Source of the DNA: Przondovirus NAN33P2
Direction: 5' to 3' (one strand)
Sequence record: OZ035820.1
DNA length: 40,708 nucleotides
A program made the translations under genes and the position numbers. The notes under the pieces are model-generated. The model had not been told where the DNA came from. It ran no database searches and worked only from the letters and a program-made list of their open reading frames with translations. Positions within the stretch are counted from its first letter, which is position 1. Every line of letters starts with the position of its first letter. Positions 1-9,098 of the stretch are shown here, piece after piece.

Positions 1-26
1 ACTGGAAGAAAGCTAATAAGGAGTAA
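1..26 (+). CDS. gp17.5: 3' end of holin gene 17.5, continuing from 40531..40708 across the circular junction
   Basis: Reading frame from ATG 40531 continues through the window end into positions 1-23 (...DKII|DWKKANKE) with TAA at 24-26; C-terminus matches the recalled T7 gp17.5 ending DWKKANKE. Confidence 0.8.
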
Positions 27-29
27 CAT

Positions 30-287
30 ATGGACCTGATTAAGTTCCTCGAAATGTTAGACACTGAGATGGCTCAGCAGATGCTCATGGACCTGAAGAA
101 TCCAGAGAAGCGGACCCCTCAGCTGTACAACGCCATTGGTAAACTACTGGAGCGTCATAAGTTCCAAATCTCTAAGCTGACCCCTGACGTTAACATCTTG
201 GGCGGACTGGCTGAGGGTCTGGAGGCTTATAACTCCAAGGTGGGTGCTGATGGTCTGACAGATGACGATAAGTTCACCCTACAGTGA
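30..287 (+). CDS. gp18: Terminase small subunit (DNA maturation protein A)
   Basis: 85 aa; TAAGGAG RBS before ATG; motifs FLEMLDT, SPQLYNAI, LLERHKFQI and PDVNILGGLA match recalled T7 gp18. Confidence 0.85.
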   Translation: MDLIKFLEMLDTEMAQQMLMDLKNPEKRTPQLYNAIGKLLERHKFQISKLTPDVNILGGLAEGLEAYNSKVGADGLTDDDKFTLQ

Positions 288-290
288 TAT

Positions 291-325
291 ACTCAAGGTA
301 CTACTATATGTAGTGCCTTTATGGA
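291..325 (+). promoter_or_regulatory. RNase III-type processing hairpin (R18.5-like)
   Basis: ACTCAAGG...hairpin...CCTTTATGG element between gene 18 and 18.5; one of five copies of a conserved family; resembles recalled T7 R0.3 (ACTCAAGGG...CCCTTTATGA). Confidence 0.55.
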
Positions 326-383
326 TGTCATTGCACTACGCTAGGCGTTCCTACGTGAAATCTGAGAAACAACGGGAGGCATT

Positions 384-830
384 ATGCTGGAGTTCACAAA
401 GAGAATCGTCCCGTATCTTGTGGCTATCATGGTGTTTGCCTTCGGGTGGCACTTGGGGACACAGTCTACGGACGCCAAATGGAAGGAGGAAGTACAGAAT
501 GAGTACGTTAAGAAGCAAACGGCTAGAGCTGAAACTCAGAAAGCGATTGACGCAGTATCGGCTAAGTACCAAGCAGACCTTGAGGGGCTGGAGGGCAGCA
601 CTGATAGGATTATTGCTGATTTGCGTAGCGACAATAAGCGGCTGCGCATCAAAGTCAAACCTACCAGTGTCGCCGCAGGACCAGACGGTCGATGCCTCAT
701 TGATGGTTCCGTCGAACTACACGAAGCAACTGCTCGAAGTCTTATCGCAATAACCCAGAAGGCTGACCTCAAAGAGAAGGCCCTACAGGACACAATTCGT
801 AAGCTGCAAGGGAAAGGAGGTGAACATTGA
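384..830 (+). CDS. gp18.5: i-spanin (Rz-like lysis protein)
   Basis: 148 aa; N-terminal TM helix ([15 protein letters not shown]) then coiled-coil; strong similarity to recalled T7 gp18.5 (MLEF...DAKWK...[10 protein letters not shown]). Confidence 0.85.
   Translation: MLEFTKRIVPYLVAIMVFAFGWHLGTQSTDAKWKEEVQNEYVKKQTARAETQKAIDAVSAKYQADLEGLEGSTDRIIADLRSDNKRLRIKVKPTSVAAGPDGRCLIDGSVELHEATARSLIAITQKADLKEKALQDTIRKLQGKGGEH
499..753 (+). CDS. gp18.7: o-spanin (Rz1-like outer-membrane lipoprotein), embedded in +1 frame within 18.5
   Basis: 84-aa ORF wholly inside gene 18.5 in another frame; GGAGGAAG RBS; signal-like hydrophobic stretch ending in lipobox-like ISGC; typical embedded Rz1 architecture. 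Exact start uncertain. Confidence 0.6.
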   Translation: MSTLRSKRLELKLRKRLTQYRLSTKQTLRGWRAALIGLLLICVATISGCASKSNLPVSPQDQTVDASLMVPSNYTKQLLEVLSQ

Positions 831-2584
831 GTAACTCTCAGCAAGCCAAGAACGCCTTAATCATTGCGCAACTGAAGGGTGACTTTGTCGCCTTTCTCTT
901 CGTGCTCTGGAAGGCCCTGAACCTGCCGGAACCAACCAAGTGTCAAATCGACATGGCCAAGTGTCTGGCAGACCCAAAGAACAAGAAGTTTATCCTTCAG
1001 GCTTTCCGTGGTATCGGGAAGTCGTTCATCACGTGTGCGTTCGTAGTGTGGACCCTATGGCGTGACCCTCAGTTAAAGATACTGATTGTCTCAGCCTCGA
1101 AGGAACGTGCGGACGCTAACTCCATCTTCATCAAGAACATCATCGACTTGTTGCCTTTCCTGAGTGAGCTTAAGCCTCGCCCCGGTCAGCGTGACTCCGT
1201 GATTAGCTTCGATGTAGGCCCTGCCAAGCCAGACCACAGCCCGTCAGTTAAGTCTGTGGGTATTACGGGTCAGCTTACTGGTAGCCGTGCCGATATCATC
1301 ATTGCGGATGACGTGGAGATTCCCGGTAACTCTGCAACACAAGGTGCCCGAGAGAAACTCTGGACGTTGGTTCAGGAGTTCGCAGCACTGTTGAAACCTC
1401 TGCCGACTAGCCGTGTTATCTATCTGGGTACCCCTCAGACCGAGATGACGCTCTACAAGGAACTTGAGGACAACCGTGGGTACTCGACGATTATCTGGCC
1501 TGCACAGTATCCTCGCTCCAAAGAGGAAGACCTGTACTATGGCGACCGTCTGGCCCCAATGCTTCGTAGTGAGTACGATGAGGACAAAGAGGGTCTCAGC
1601 AGTCAACCTACTGACCCGGTTCGATTTGACTCCATGGACCTTCAGGAACGTGAGGTGGAATACGGCAAGGCTGGCTATACTCTCCAGTTCATGCTCAACC
1701 CGAACCTCAGTGACGCCGAGAAGTACCCGCTACGCCTCCGTGACGCTATCGTGTGCGGTCTACAGGCGGACAAGGCCCCAATGCATTACCAGTGGTTGCC
1801 GAACCGTCAGAACCGCAATGAGGAGCTTCCTAACGTGGGCATGAAGGGTGACGAGATTTACTCCTTCCATACAGCCTCCAGTAACACTGGTGCGTATCAG
1901 GGTAAGATTCTGGTCATTGACCCAAGTGGTCGCGGTAAGGATGAAACTGGCTGGTGCGTGCTGTACACCCTCAACGGTTACATCTACTTGATGGACGCTG
2001 GCGGTACCCGTGGTTACGAAGAGAAGTCCCTTGAGTTCCTCGCTAAGAAAGCCAAACAGTGGCAGGTGCAGACTGTGGTCTTCGAGAGTAACTTCGGTGA
2101 CGGTATGTTCGGTAACGTGTTCCAGCCTGTGCTCCTGAAGCATCATCCGGCACAACTCGAGGAGATTCGTGCTCGTGGCATGAAAGAGGTACGTATCTGC
2201 GATACCCTTGAGCCTGTACTGGCAAGTCACCGCTTGGTCATCCGTGATGAGGTTATCCGTCAGGACTACCAGACTGCACGCGATGCGGACGGTAAGCACG
2301 CCCTTAAGTACAGCCTGTTCTACCAGATGACCCGTATGAGTCGTGAGAAGGGCGCTGTGGCACACGATGACCGACTTGATGCACTAGCATTGGGTGTCGA
2401 GTTCCTACGTGCTACGATGCAGCAGGACGCTGTGAAGATAGAGTCTGAGGTACTTCTGGAGTTCTTGGAGCACCACATGGAGAAGCCCCTTAGTAACGTC
2501 TCCCAGTTCAAGGCCACCAGCAGCAACGGTGTGGACATCCGCTGGGAAGACGACGGGGATGATTCTATGTTCATCGCATGGTGA
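827..2584 (+). CDS. gp19: Terminase large subunit (DNA maturation protein B)
   Basis: 585 aa; near-identical in long stretches to recalled T7 gp19 ([37 protein letters not shown]). Start appears to be TTG at 827, 5 nt after GGAGGT and overlapping the 18.5 stop. Confidence 0.9.
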   Translation: MSNSQQAKNALIIAQLKGDFVAFLFVLWKALNLPEPTKCQIDMAKCLADPKNKKFILQAFRGIGKSFITCAFVVWTLWRDPQLKILIVSASKERADANSIFIKNIIDLLPFLSELKPRPGQRDSVISFDVGPAKPDHSPSVKSVGITGQLTGSRADIIIADDVEIPGNSATQGAREKLWTLVQEFAALLKPLPTSRVIYLGTPQTEMTLYKELEDNRGYSTIIWPAQYPRSKEEDLYYGDRLAPMLRSEYDEDKEGLSSQPTDPVRFDSMDLQEREVEYGKAGYTLQFMLNPNLSDAEKYPLRLRDAIVCGLQADKAPMHYQWLPNRQNRNEELPNVGMKGDEIYSFHTASSNTGAYQGKILVIDPSGRGKDETGWCVLYTLNGYIYLMDAGGTRGYEEKSLEFLAKKAKQWQVQTVVFESNFGDGMFGNVFQPVLLKHHPAQLEEIRARGMKEVRICDTLEPVLASHRLVIRDEVIRQDYQTARDADGKHALKYSLFYQMTRMSREKGAVAHDDRLDALALGVEFLRATMQQDAVKIESEVLLEFLEHHMEKPLSNVSQFKATSSNGVDIRWEDDGDDSMFIAW

Positions 2585-2664
2585 TTATGCAGGGATTGTG
2601 CATAAGGATTCATTAGGCCACGGAAGGCCACTTCAGGAAAACTTCAGGCATAACAGACACTTGG

Positions 2665-2687
2665 AATTAGGTAGCACTATAGGGAGA
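2665..2687 (+). promoter_or_regulatory. Phage RNAP promoter (phiOR-like)
   Basis: AATTAGGTAGCACTATAGGGAGA, 23-mer collinear with the T7 promoter -17..+6; position after gene 19 matches T7 phiOR. Confidence 0.75.
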
Positions 2688-2828
2688 GACCCCTAAAGAC
2701 TTACTATAAGACTACTTAAAGTTTCATTCATATAGTTATGCACTATAGGTCTCCTCTATGAGAGAGGGTAGTAATGATAATATCACCCTCTAACTATAAG
2801 ACACTAAGAGCTAACACAAGGAGGACCT

Positions 2829-2978
2829 ATGCGCTTACTGTTAACCTTACTGCGCCATAGGACTACTTGGCGGTTTCTGCTGGTACTTGCTGGTGCCCTT
2901 GGGGCTTCACTGGTTACTCAGCAACAACTCGGTGGACTGGAGACTCTCGTGTGCTCTCTACTCGCTTGTAGCGATTAG
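2829..2978 (+). CDS. Small hypothetical protein at the gene 19.5 position
   Basis: 49-aa ORF (MRLLLTLLRH...LACSD) preceded by AAGGAGG; same size and position as T7 gene 19.5; sequence homology not verified. Confidence 0.35.
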   Translation: MRLLLTLLRHRTTWRFLLVLAGALGASLVTQQQLGGLETLVCSLLACSD

Positions 2979-3161
2979 GGTCTTCCTTACGCGCTAGGGA
3001 TTCCGTAGTGATGCTTATCAGCATACACCACTCCATCCCTCTACAGTCAATACTTAAAGTTAACCTTAGGTGATTCGCTGGTCTACCTACGGGTCTATGC
3101 AATGACCTGAGGACTACCTGAGGTTACCTTTAAGAATTTTACATAAAGTTCTGAGTGTACA

Positions 3162-3342
3162 TCTCACAGTTTAAACTTTTGGTTATCCCCCCGGTACCCT
3201 CTCAGTCCACCCAAAGTAACCATGGGGCCACCCTAAACCTTCGGTTTAACCTTAGGTCGGTACCTTGGGAATCCTGAGGTGATACTATATGTTGTGGTGA
3301 GGGTGACTCAATGACGCTATATGTTGATGCCTCTGTGTCCCT
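3162..3342 (+). repeat. Terminal repeat region of the linear virion DNA (one copy in this circular assembly); boundaries approximate
   Basis: Begins with TCTCACAGT, the recalled first bases of the T7 genome, and ends at CCTCTGTGTCCCT, resembling the recalled end of the T7 terminal repeat (CTCTGTGTCCCT); flanked on both sides by short-repeat arrays. Confidence 0.45.
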
Positions 3343-3576
3343 ATCTGTTGGGCCTCTTTAAGTATACACCTGAGGTTAGACCTGAGGTCATCCATTGACG
3401 CTATGCCTTAGGTTAACCGTTTGACTAACGTTTAGCAGTGACTGTTAGTAGGTCACATAGAGTGATCAATCAAGTATCTCGTTTAGCAGTCCCTGAGACA
3501 CTGAGAGCGGGACAATATGGGTATCAGTGAGTCATTACTATAAGGGCTATCGGTGGTCAGTGTCAACACCGTAATC

Positions 3577-3599
3577 AATTAGGTATCACTATAAGGAGA
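3577..3599 (+). promoter_or_regulatory. Phage RNAP promoter variant (phiOL-like)
   Basis: AATTAGGTATCACTATAAGGAGA; carries the same TATAAGGAGA variant as recalled T7 phiOL and lies just upstream of the host-type early promoters. Confidence 0.55.
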
Positions 3600-3679
3600 C
3601 ACTCTAAGTATTACTACGAGACCATTACCAATAAGAACACTATCACTATAGGTCTAACTAAAAGTTTTAACTTTAAGTG

Positions 3680-3715
3680 TTGACATTCAGATTCCGTTAT
3701 GAGACATTAGCAACC
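3680..3715 (+). promoter_or_regulatory. Candidate host sigma70 early promoter (A1-like)
   Basis: Perfect -35 TTGACA at 3680-3685; -10 is poor (GACATT or ACATTA at 17-18 bp spacing); position about 86 bp after phiOL parallels T7 A1. Confidence 0.3.
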
Positions 3716-3812
3716 GTTGAGAGACACAACGTCACCAACGACCAGACAATACCACGAGTTATCTGGTTAGACTGAGGGTCTCAAGTAGCTATCAACCGGC
3801 ATACGAAAATGG

Positions 3813-3841
3813 TTGACTCAACGATGAACAAGTAGTAAGAT
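3813..3841 (+). promoter_or_regulatory. Host sigma70 early promoter (A2/A3-like)
   Basis: TTGACT (3813-3818), 17-bp spacer, TAAGAT (3836-3841); resembles recalled T7 A2 (-10 TAAGAT). Confidence 0.55.
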
Positions 3842-4009
3842 GCACCACAGATTCACCGCTCTTTAACAATATGGATTAGTCAAAGCTGATATGTACACCA
3901 TGACATTAGTGTTTAACTAGTGGTTACATTCAGGTCTCTGGCAAGGTACGTCCTGTCACCCTGAGAGTAGCCACCTTGATAACCACTAATCAACTGAAGG
4001 ATATACATT

Positions 4010-4477
4010 ATGATTTTCACGAAAGAACCAGCCAACAAAGTATTCGTATTCGTTACCGCATACCGTGGCCATGAGTCGCAGGAAGTAAACGAGAAGATGC
4101 TCAAGGGTCTCATTAAGACCATTCGCACCTATCCGGGTGCATACGGCAACATTCGTGACGAGAACGTGCAAGGCTGCTTTAAGGAAGATGGTATGCCTGC
4201 GGCAACACAAGAACGCACGCTCAAGGTCGAATGTACTGAGAAGCAAGCCGCAGAGTTGACATGGCTGGCCTGTAAGACCTACTCGCAGGATGCCGTGCTG
4301 GTGGTGAACTCACAGACCCATACAGCAGCTCTGTGGTCTATTGAGGATGTAGGCGAGTATCCACAGGTCTACCCACGCTTGAAAGAGGTGTCCTTAGGTG
4401 GCACGCTGCAACAAGTGGATGCACCAAAGGGAGAATGCTATTCAGTCATCAACGGGCAGTACTGGGAGGTGGTGTAA
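4010..4477 (+). CDS. gp0.3: S-adenosylmethionine lyase / SAMase (anti-restriction), T3 gene 0.3 type
   Basis: 155 aa; first early gene; N-terminus MIFTKEPAN and internal QTHTA match recalled T3 SAMase; RBS GAAGGA. Confidence 0.7.
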   Translation: MIFTKEPANKVFVFVTAYRGHESQEVNEKMLKGLIKTIRTYPGAYGNIRDENVQGCFKEDGMPAATQERTLKVECTEKQAAELTWLACKTYSQDAVLVVNSQTHTAALWSIEDVGEYPQVYPRLKEVSLGGTLQQVDAPKGECYSVINGQYWEVV

Positions 4478-4677
4478 TGGGTAAGCTGCTAGCGATATCC
4501 AAAATAACAGGGCAATGCACTGTAACACTACGGGAGTACTCACACGGTGCAATGGGGAGTACCTACACTGTGCGGCACGGTAAGCAGGTAAAACACTGGG
4601 TCAACGAGAGACTAGCTCAGGAGGATTATCAATCATGCGTCATACATCAATCAACTTGCGCTGGGTGGAATGACTGA
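4477..4677 (+). CDS. Hypothetical small early protein
   Basis: 66-aa ORF from ATG overlapping the 0.3 stop (TAATGG) after GGAGG; part of a chain of overlapping small early ORFs; no recognised homology. Confidence 0.35.
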   Translation: MGKLLAISKITGQCTVTLREYSHGAMGSTYTVRHGKQVKHWVNERLAQEDYQSCVIHQSTCAGWND

Positions 4678-4823
4678 TGAAACACTACGGACTCACTCAG
4701 GCAGACATAAGGCACTATCGCTGGTTGTTATCCTTAGGTAGACCGCACGATTACTTAATGATGCACCTCGCGCAAACTTATCGCACACATAAGGTAATGT
4801 ATGATAACCCTGTTCGTAATTAG
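4677..4823 (+). CDS. Hypothetical small early protein
   Basis: 48-aa ORF starting at ATGA overlap with the preceding ORF; basic protein; no recognised homology. Confidence 0.25.
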   Translation: MKHYGLTQADIRHYRWLLSLGRPHDYLMMHLAQTYRTHKVMYDNPVRN

Positions 4824-4998
4824 TGTGTACGCCCTGATTGTCCTGTACTTTGTGCAGGACTTTCTCAAGGGTCTCAAGGTACACAAGGCATCGTTTAGTT
4901 ACCTGAAGTGGGGCTTCTTGCCTCGCTTCACTGTACGTTTACATAATGGCCGCTTTAAGGCTAACAAAGTGGGGATATTCTATGTTGCAACGCATTAA
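4801..4998 (+). CDS. Hypothetical small membrane protein
   Basis: 65 aa with strongly hydrophobic N-terminus (ITLFVISVYALIVLYFV); position analogous to T7 0.4-0.6 small early genes. Confidence 0.35.
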   Translation: MITLFVISVYALIVLYFVQDFLKGLKVHKASFSYLKWGFLPRFTVRLHNGRFKANKVGIFYVATH

Positions 4999-5161
4999 CA
5001 ACCGAGTCTACCGGGACAAGCATGGGATCGTCATAGTGCACATCATAAGGTACGATTGCTACGTCTATGCAGACACCTGCGAATCATTGCCGTACTACCC
5101 AAGCGCTAACACTCGCAAGACGTGGGAGCGCATTGGCACTAACCTGAAGTTTACCGATTGA
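4982..5161 (+). CDS. Hypothetical small early protein
   Basis: 59-aa ORF from internal ATG of the six-frame ORF 4946..5161, overlapping the end of the preceding ORF; start uncertain. Confidence 0.25.
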   Translation: MLQRINNRVYRDKHGIVIVHIIRYDCYVYADTCESLPYYPSANTRKTWERIGTNLKFTD

Positions 5162-5196
5162 CACACTCACATCAACCACCATAAGGAAACAATCAA

Positions 5197-6210
5197 ATGA
5201 ACTACACCGACATGCAAGAACGCTTAGACGTCATCCGCAACCTACCAATCTGTGAACTCGACAAGCGCCAGCCGCTGCTGGTAGCACTCATCGCTGACAT
5301 TGTGAACTATGAGACGTCCGACGGTGACGATACGGATAGCGATTGGGGTCTGGAACGTCAGGACTATTGGCAAACCCTGAAGATTAAGGCCAAAGACGCT
5401 GGGTTCAACCTACTAGGCAATGGTCACTTCAGCGCAGCGTTTAAGCACGAGCTGCTACCGGGTAGGGTCATTAAGGTTGGCTTTAAGAAAGAGGACTCAG
5501 GGGCCGCCTACGTGGCTTTCTGCCGGATGCACCAAGGTAGGGTAGGGATTCCTAACGTCTATCACGTAGCGCGTCACGCTGGCTGCTACACGGTGGTGCT
5601 AGACGAGCTTGAGCCTTGTCAACGCTTCGACAACGAGACGCACGAGCATTACGCAGACCTTGCTAACTACTTTGTGGAGAACTCTGGTGCAGAGCTGGGC
5701 GATGTTGACGGTGCAGAGAAGGAATTACACTTCGTCGAGACGTGCCAAATGATTAACAAGTTCTTCCACGGGATTGCATCCTTTGACATGCACAGCGGTA
5801 ACATTATGTTCACCAAAGACGGCAAGCCAGTAATAACCGACCCGGTGTCATTCTCGAAGGACCGCGAACGTGAGCCTTTCTCACTGGAACCTAATGTACT
5901 GATTGCAGAGATTGAGCAGATAGCGCACGACAAGATGATTGAACGCTGTAAGCGCAACAAGGCAAAGCGTGACCCGAACGGGGAGCTGCGCATCGCACGT
6001 CGTAAGGCAAATAAGGAGCGCAGAGCACGTCGTAAGGCACACGCTATGTGGCGTAAGGAGCGCGAACGGATTAACGCCGAGGCCCTAAAGGTTGACCTTG
6101 CGAAAGTCGAGGAGCGGGTACTGGCATGGCAGGTGGGACCCGGCCTAGCGATACAGCAGGGAAAGCCTTTACCTATCGATAACTATCTTCAGGGTAGACT
6201 CATGGGCTAA
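5197..6210 (+). CDS. gp0.7: Serine/threonine protein kinase (host shut-off), gene 0.7-like
   Basis: 337 aa; immediately upstream of gene 1; kinase-like N-terminal half and basic C-terminal tail (RRKANKERRARRKAH); assignment by position and size relative to T7/T3 gp0.7. Confidence 0.65.
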   Translation: MNYTDMQERLDVIRNLPICELDKRQPLLVALIADIVNYETSDGDDTDSDWGLERQDYWQTLKIKAKDAGFNLLGNGHFSAAFKHELLPGRVIKVGFKKEDSGAAYVAFCRMHQGRVGIPNVYHVARHAGCYTVVLDELEPCQRFDNETHEHYADLANYFVENSGAELGDVDGAEKELHFVETCQMINKFFHGIASFDMHSGNIMFTKDGKPVITDPVSFSKDREREPFSLEPNVLIAEIEQIAHDKMIERCKRNKAKRDPNGELRIARRKANKERRARRKAHAMWRKERERINAEALKVDLAKVEERVLAWQVGPGLAIQQGKPLPIDNYLQGRLMG

Positions 6211-6279
6211 CAAGGTGTATCTTCGGTGTCTCTGATACGAGGCACCCATAGATAAACTTTATCCACAAAGAGGCACACA

Positions 6280-9000
6280 ATGAACGCATTAAACATTGCA
6301 CGTAATGACTTCTCAGAGATTGAACTGGCCGCTATCCCGTATAATATCCTCAGCGAGCACTATGGGGACAAGCTGGCACGCGAGCAGCTGGCACTGGAGC
6401 ATGAAGCGTACGAGCTGGGCGAGCAGCGTTTCCTGAAGATGCTGGAACGTCAGGTGAAAGCTGGTGAGTTCGCTGACAACGTGGCTGCTAAGCCGCTGGT
6501 CCTAACGTTGCACCCGCAGCTGACCAAGCGTATTGACGACTGGAAGGAGGAGCAGGCAAACGCACGCGGTAAGAAACCTCGCGCATACTACCCGATTACG
6601 CACGGTGTGTCCTCAGAGTTGGCCCTCAGTATGGGCGCTGAGGTTCTCAAAGAGAAGCGTGGAGTGTCCAGTGAGGCAATCGCACTGCTCACCATTAAGG
6701 TGGTCTTAGGGACGCTCACAGACGCCGCAAAGGCCACAATCCAGCAGGTGTCCTCACAGTTAGGCAAGGCCCTTGAGGATGAGGCCCGCTTCGGTCGTAT
6801 CCGTGAGCAGGAAGCCGCATACTTCAAGAAGAACGTAGCGGACCAGCTGGACAAGCGCGTAGGCCACGTGTACAAGAAGGCTTTCATGCAGGTCGTCGAG
6901 GCCGATATGATATCCAAAGGGATGCTGGGCGGGGACAACTGGGCGAGCTGGAAAACTGACGAGCAGATGCACGTAGGGACCAAGCTGCTGGAGCTACTTA
7001 TCGAGGGAACTGGTCTGGTGGAAATGACCAAGAACAAGATGGCCGATGGCTCCGATGATGTGACCAGTATGCAGATGGTCCAGCTGGCTCCGGCCTTTGT
7101 GGAACTCCTGAGCAAGCGAGCGGGCGCACTCGCAGGTATCAGCCCGATGCACCAACCGTGCGTAGTCCCTCCGAAACCTTGGGTGGAGACCGTAGGCGGT
7201 GGCTACTGGTCAGTCGGTCGTCGCCCGCTGGCACTGGTTCGTACCCACTCCAAGAAGGCACTGCGCCGCTACGCAGACGTGCACATGCCAGAGGTATACA
7301 AAGCGGTAAACCTCGCGCAAAACACACCGTGGAAGGTGAACAAGAAGGTGTTGGCGGTAGTCAATGAGATTGTTAACTGGAAGCACTGCCCGGTGGCTGA
7401 CGTTCCAGCGATTGAACGTGAAGAGTTACCACCGCGCCCGGACGATATCGACACCAACGAGGTGGCACGTAAGGCATGGCGCAAGGAGGCCGCGGCGGTC
7501 TACCGTAAGGACAAGGCCCGCCAGTCTCGCCGTTTGTCGATGGAGTTCATGGTCGCACAGGCCAACAAGTTCGCTAACCACAAGGCCATCTGGTTCCCGT
7601 ATAACATGGACTGGCGCGGGCGTGTGTACGCTGTGAGCATGTTCAACCCGCAGGGTAACGACATGACCAAGGGTATGCTGACGCTGGCCAAGGGTAAGCC
7701 GATTGGTCTAGACGGGTTCTACTGGCTGAAGATTCATGGTGCAAACTGTGCAGGCGTCGACAAGGTTCCCTTCCCTGAGCGCATCAAGTTCATCGAAGAG
7801 AACGAGGGCAACATTCTGGCGAGTGCAGCTGACCCGCTGAATAACACTTGGTGGACACAGCAAGATTCACCGTTCTGCTTCTTAGCGTTCTGCTTCGAGT
7901 ACGCAGGCGTTAAACACCACGGCCTGAATTACAACTGCTCGCTGCCTCTGGCGTTCGATGGATCATGCTCTGGGATTCAGCACTTCAGCGCAATGCTCCG
8001 CGATTCCATCGGTGGCCGTGCGGTAAACCTGCTGCCATCTGATACCGTGCAGGATATCTACAAGATTGTGGCCGATAAGGTCAACGAGGTGCTCCAGCAG
8101 CACGCTGTCAACGGGTCTCAAACGGTGGTCGAGCAGATTGCCGACAAGGAGACTGGTGAGTTCCGCGAGAAGGTAACGCTGGGTGAGTCCGTACTTGCTG
8201 CGCAGTGGCTGCAATATGGTGTTACCCGCAAGGTGACTAAGCGTTCGGTAATGACGTTGGCGTATGGTTCCAAAGAGTTTGGCTTCCGCCAGCAAGTTCT
8301 TGAGGATACCATTCAGCCAGCTATTGACAACGGCGAGGGCTTGATGTTTACGCACCCTAACCAAGCGGCTGGCTATATGGCTAAGCTGATTTGGGACGCT
8401 GTGACCGTGACCGTAGTGGCCGCTGTCGAGGCAATGAATTGGCTGAAGTCTGCCGCTAAACTGCTGGCCGCTGAAGTCAAGGACAAGAAGACCAAAGAGG
8501 TGCTCCGTAAGCGCTGCGCAATCCACTGGGTAACACCAGACGGCTTCCCGGTGTGGCAGGAATACCACAAGCGAGATCAAGCGCGCCTGAAGCTGACGTT
8601 CTTGGGTCAGGCCAACGTGTTCATGACGTACAACAAAGGGGAAGCCAAAGAGATTGACGCACATAAGCAGGAGTCAGGAATCGCTCCTAACTTTGTGCAC
8701 TCACAGGATGGTAGTCACCTGCGCATGACCGTAGTGCACGCCAACGAGGTCTACGGGATTGACTCCTTCGCGCTCATTCATGACTCCTTCGGGACCATTC
8801 CAGCAGACGCTGGGAATCTCTTTAAGGCAGTCCGTGAGACGATGGTCAAGACCTACGAGGATAACGATGTAATCGCTGACTTTTATGACCAGTTCGCTGA
8901 CCAGCTGCACGAGTCTCAACTGGACAAAATGCCTGCTGTCCCGGCCAAAGGTGACCTGAATCTGCGCGATATCTTAGAGTCTGACTTCGCGTTCGCCTAA
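6280..9000 (+). CDS. gp1: Single-subunit DNA-dependent RNA polymerase
   Basis: 906 aa; collinear with recalled T7 RNAP (MN..NIA.NDFS.IELAAIP, RGKKP, PFCFLAFCFEYAG, HDSFGT, final FAFA); about 20 extra residues in the N-terminal domain; length equals my recollection for K11 RNAP. Confidence 0.95.
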   Translation: MNALNIARNDFSEIELAAIPYNILSEHYGDKLAREQLALEHEAYELGEQRFLKMLERQVKAGEFADNVAAKPLVLTLHPQLTKRIDDWKEEQANARGKKPRAYYPITHGVSSELALSMGAEVLKEKRGVSSEAIALLTIKVVLGTLTDAAKATIQQVSSQLGKALEDEARFGRIREQEAAYFKKNVADQLDKRVGHVYKKAFMQVVEADMISKGMLGGDNWASWKTDEQMHVGTKLLELLIEGTGLVEMTKNKMADGSDDVTSMQMVQLAPAFVELLSKRAGALAGISPMHQPCVVPPKPWVETVGGGYWSVGRRPLALVRTHSKKALRRYADVHMPEVYKAVNLAQNTPWKVNKKVLAVVNEIVNWKHCPVADVPAIEREELPPRPDDIDTNEVARKAWRKEAAAVYRKDKARQSRRLSMEFMVAQANKFANHKAIWFPYNMDWRGRVYAVSMFNPQGNDMTKGMLTLAKGKPIGLDGFYWLKIHGANCAGVDKVPFPERIKFIEENEGNILASAADPLNNTWWTQQDSPFCFLAFCFEYAGVKHHGLNYNCSLPLAFDGSCSGIQHFSAMLRDSIGGRAVNLLPSDTVQDIYKIVADKVNEVLQQHAVNGSQTVVEQIADKETGEFREKVTLGESVLAAQWLQYGVTRKVTKRSVMTLAYGSKEFGFRQQVLEDTIQPAIDNGEGLMFTHPNQAAGYMAKLIWDAVTVTVVAAVEAMNWLKSAAKLLAAEVKDKKTKEVLRKRCAIHWVTPDGFPVWQEYHKRDQARLKLTFLGQANVFMTYNKGEAKEIDAHKQESGIAPNFVHSQDGSHLRMTVVHANEVYGIDSFALIHDSFGTIPADAGNLFKAVRETMVKTYEDNDVIADFYDQFADQLHESQLDKMPAVPAKGDLNLRDILESDFAFA

Positions 9001-9010
9001 GGTCTCAGGC

Positions 9011-9033
9011 AATTAGGTAGCACTATAGGGAAC
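9011..9033 (+). promoter_or_regulatory. Phage RNAP promoter (phi1.1A-like)
   Basis: AATTAGGTAGCACTATAGGGAAC immediately after gene 1. Confidence 0.7.
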
Positions 9034-9098
9034 CTTCGAATGGCCGAGGGTTCCATTACTTAAAGTCTTAACTTAAAGAATACTTAAAGAGGCACACC

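Noticed and set aside
262-498. N-terminal part of the 163-aa six-frame ORF 262..753
   Set aside because: Only the C-terminal 84 codons (499..753) have an RBS and a lipoprotein-like signal; the upstream part overlaps the end of gene 18 and a hairpin and is probably untranslated.
1760-2365. 201-aa reverse-strand ORF inside the terminase gene, and similar minus-strand ORFs throughout
   Set aside because: All minus-strand ORFs in the track overlap well-supported + strand genes; none has independent support.
3900-4009. Possible R0.3-type RNase III site upstream of gene 0.3
   Set aside because: Some inverted-repeat potential (CTCTGG...CCTGAGAG) but it lacks the ACTCAAGG...CCTTTATGA signature of the other five elements.
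7963-8664. 233-aa reverse-strand ORF inside the RNA polymerase gene
   Set aside because: Entirely antisense to a high-confidence gene; typical codon-bias artefact of a six-frame scan.
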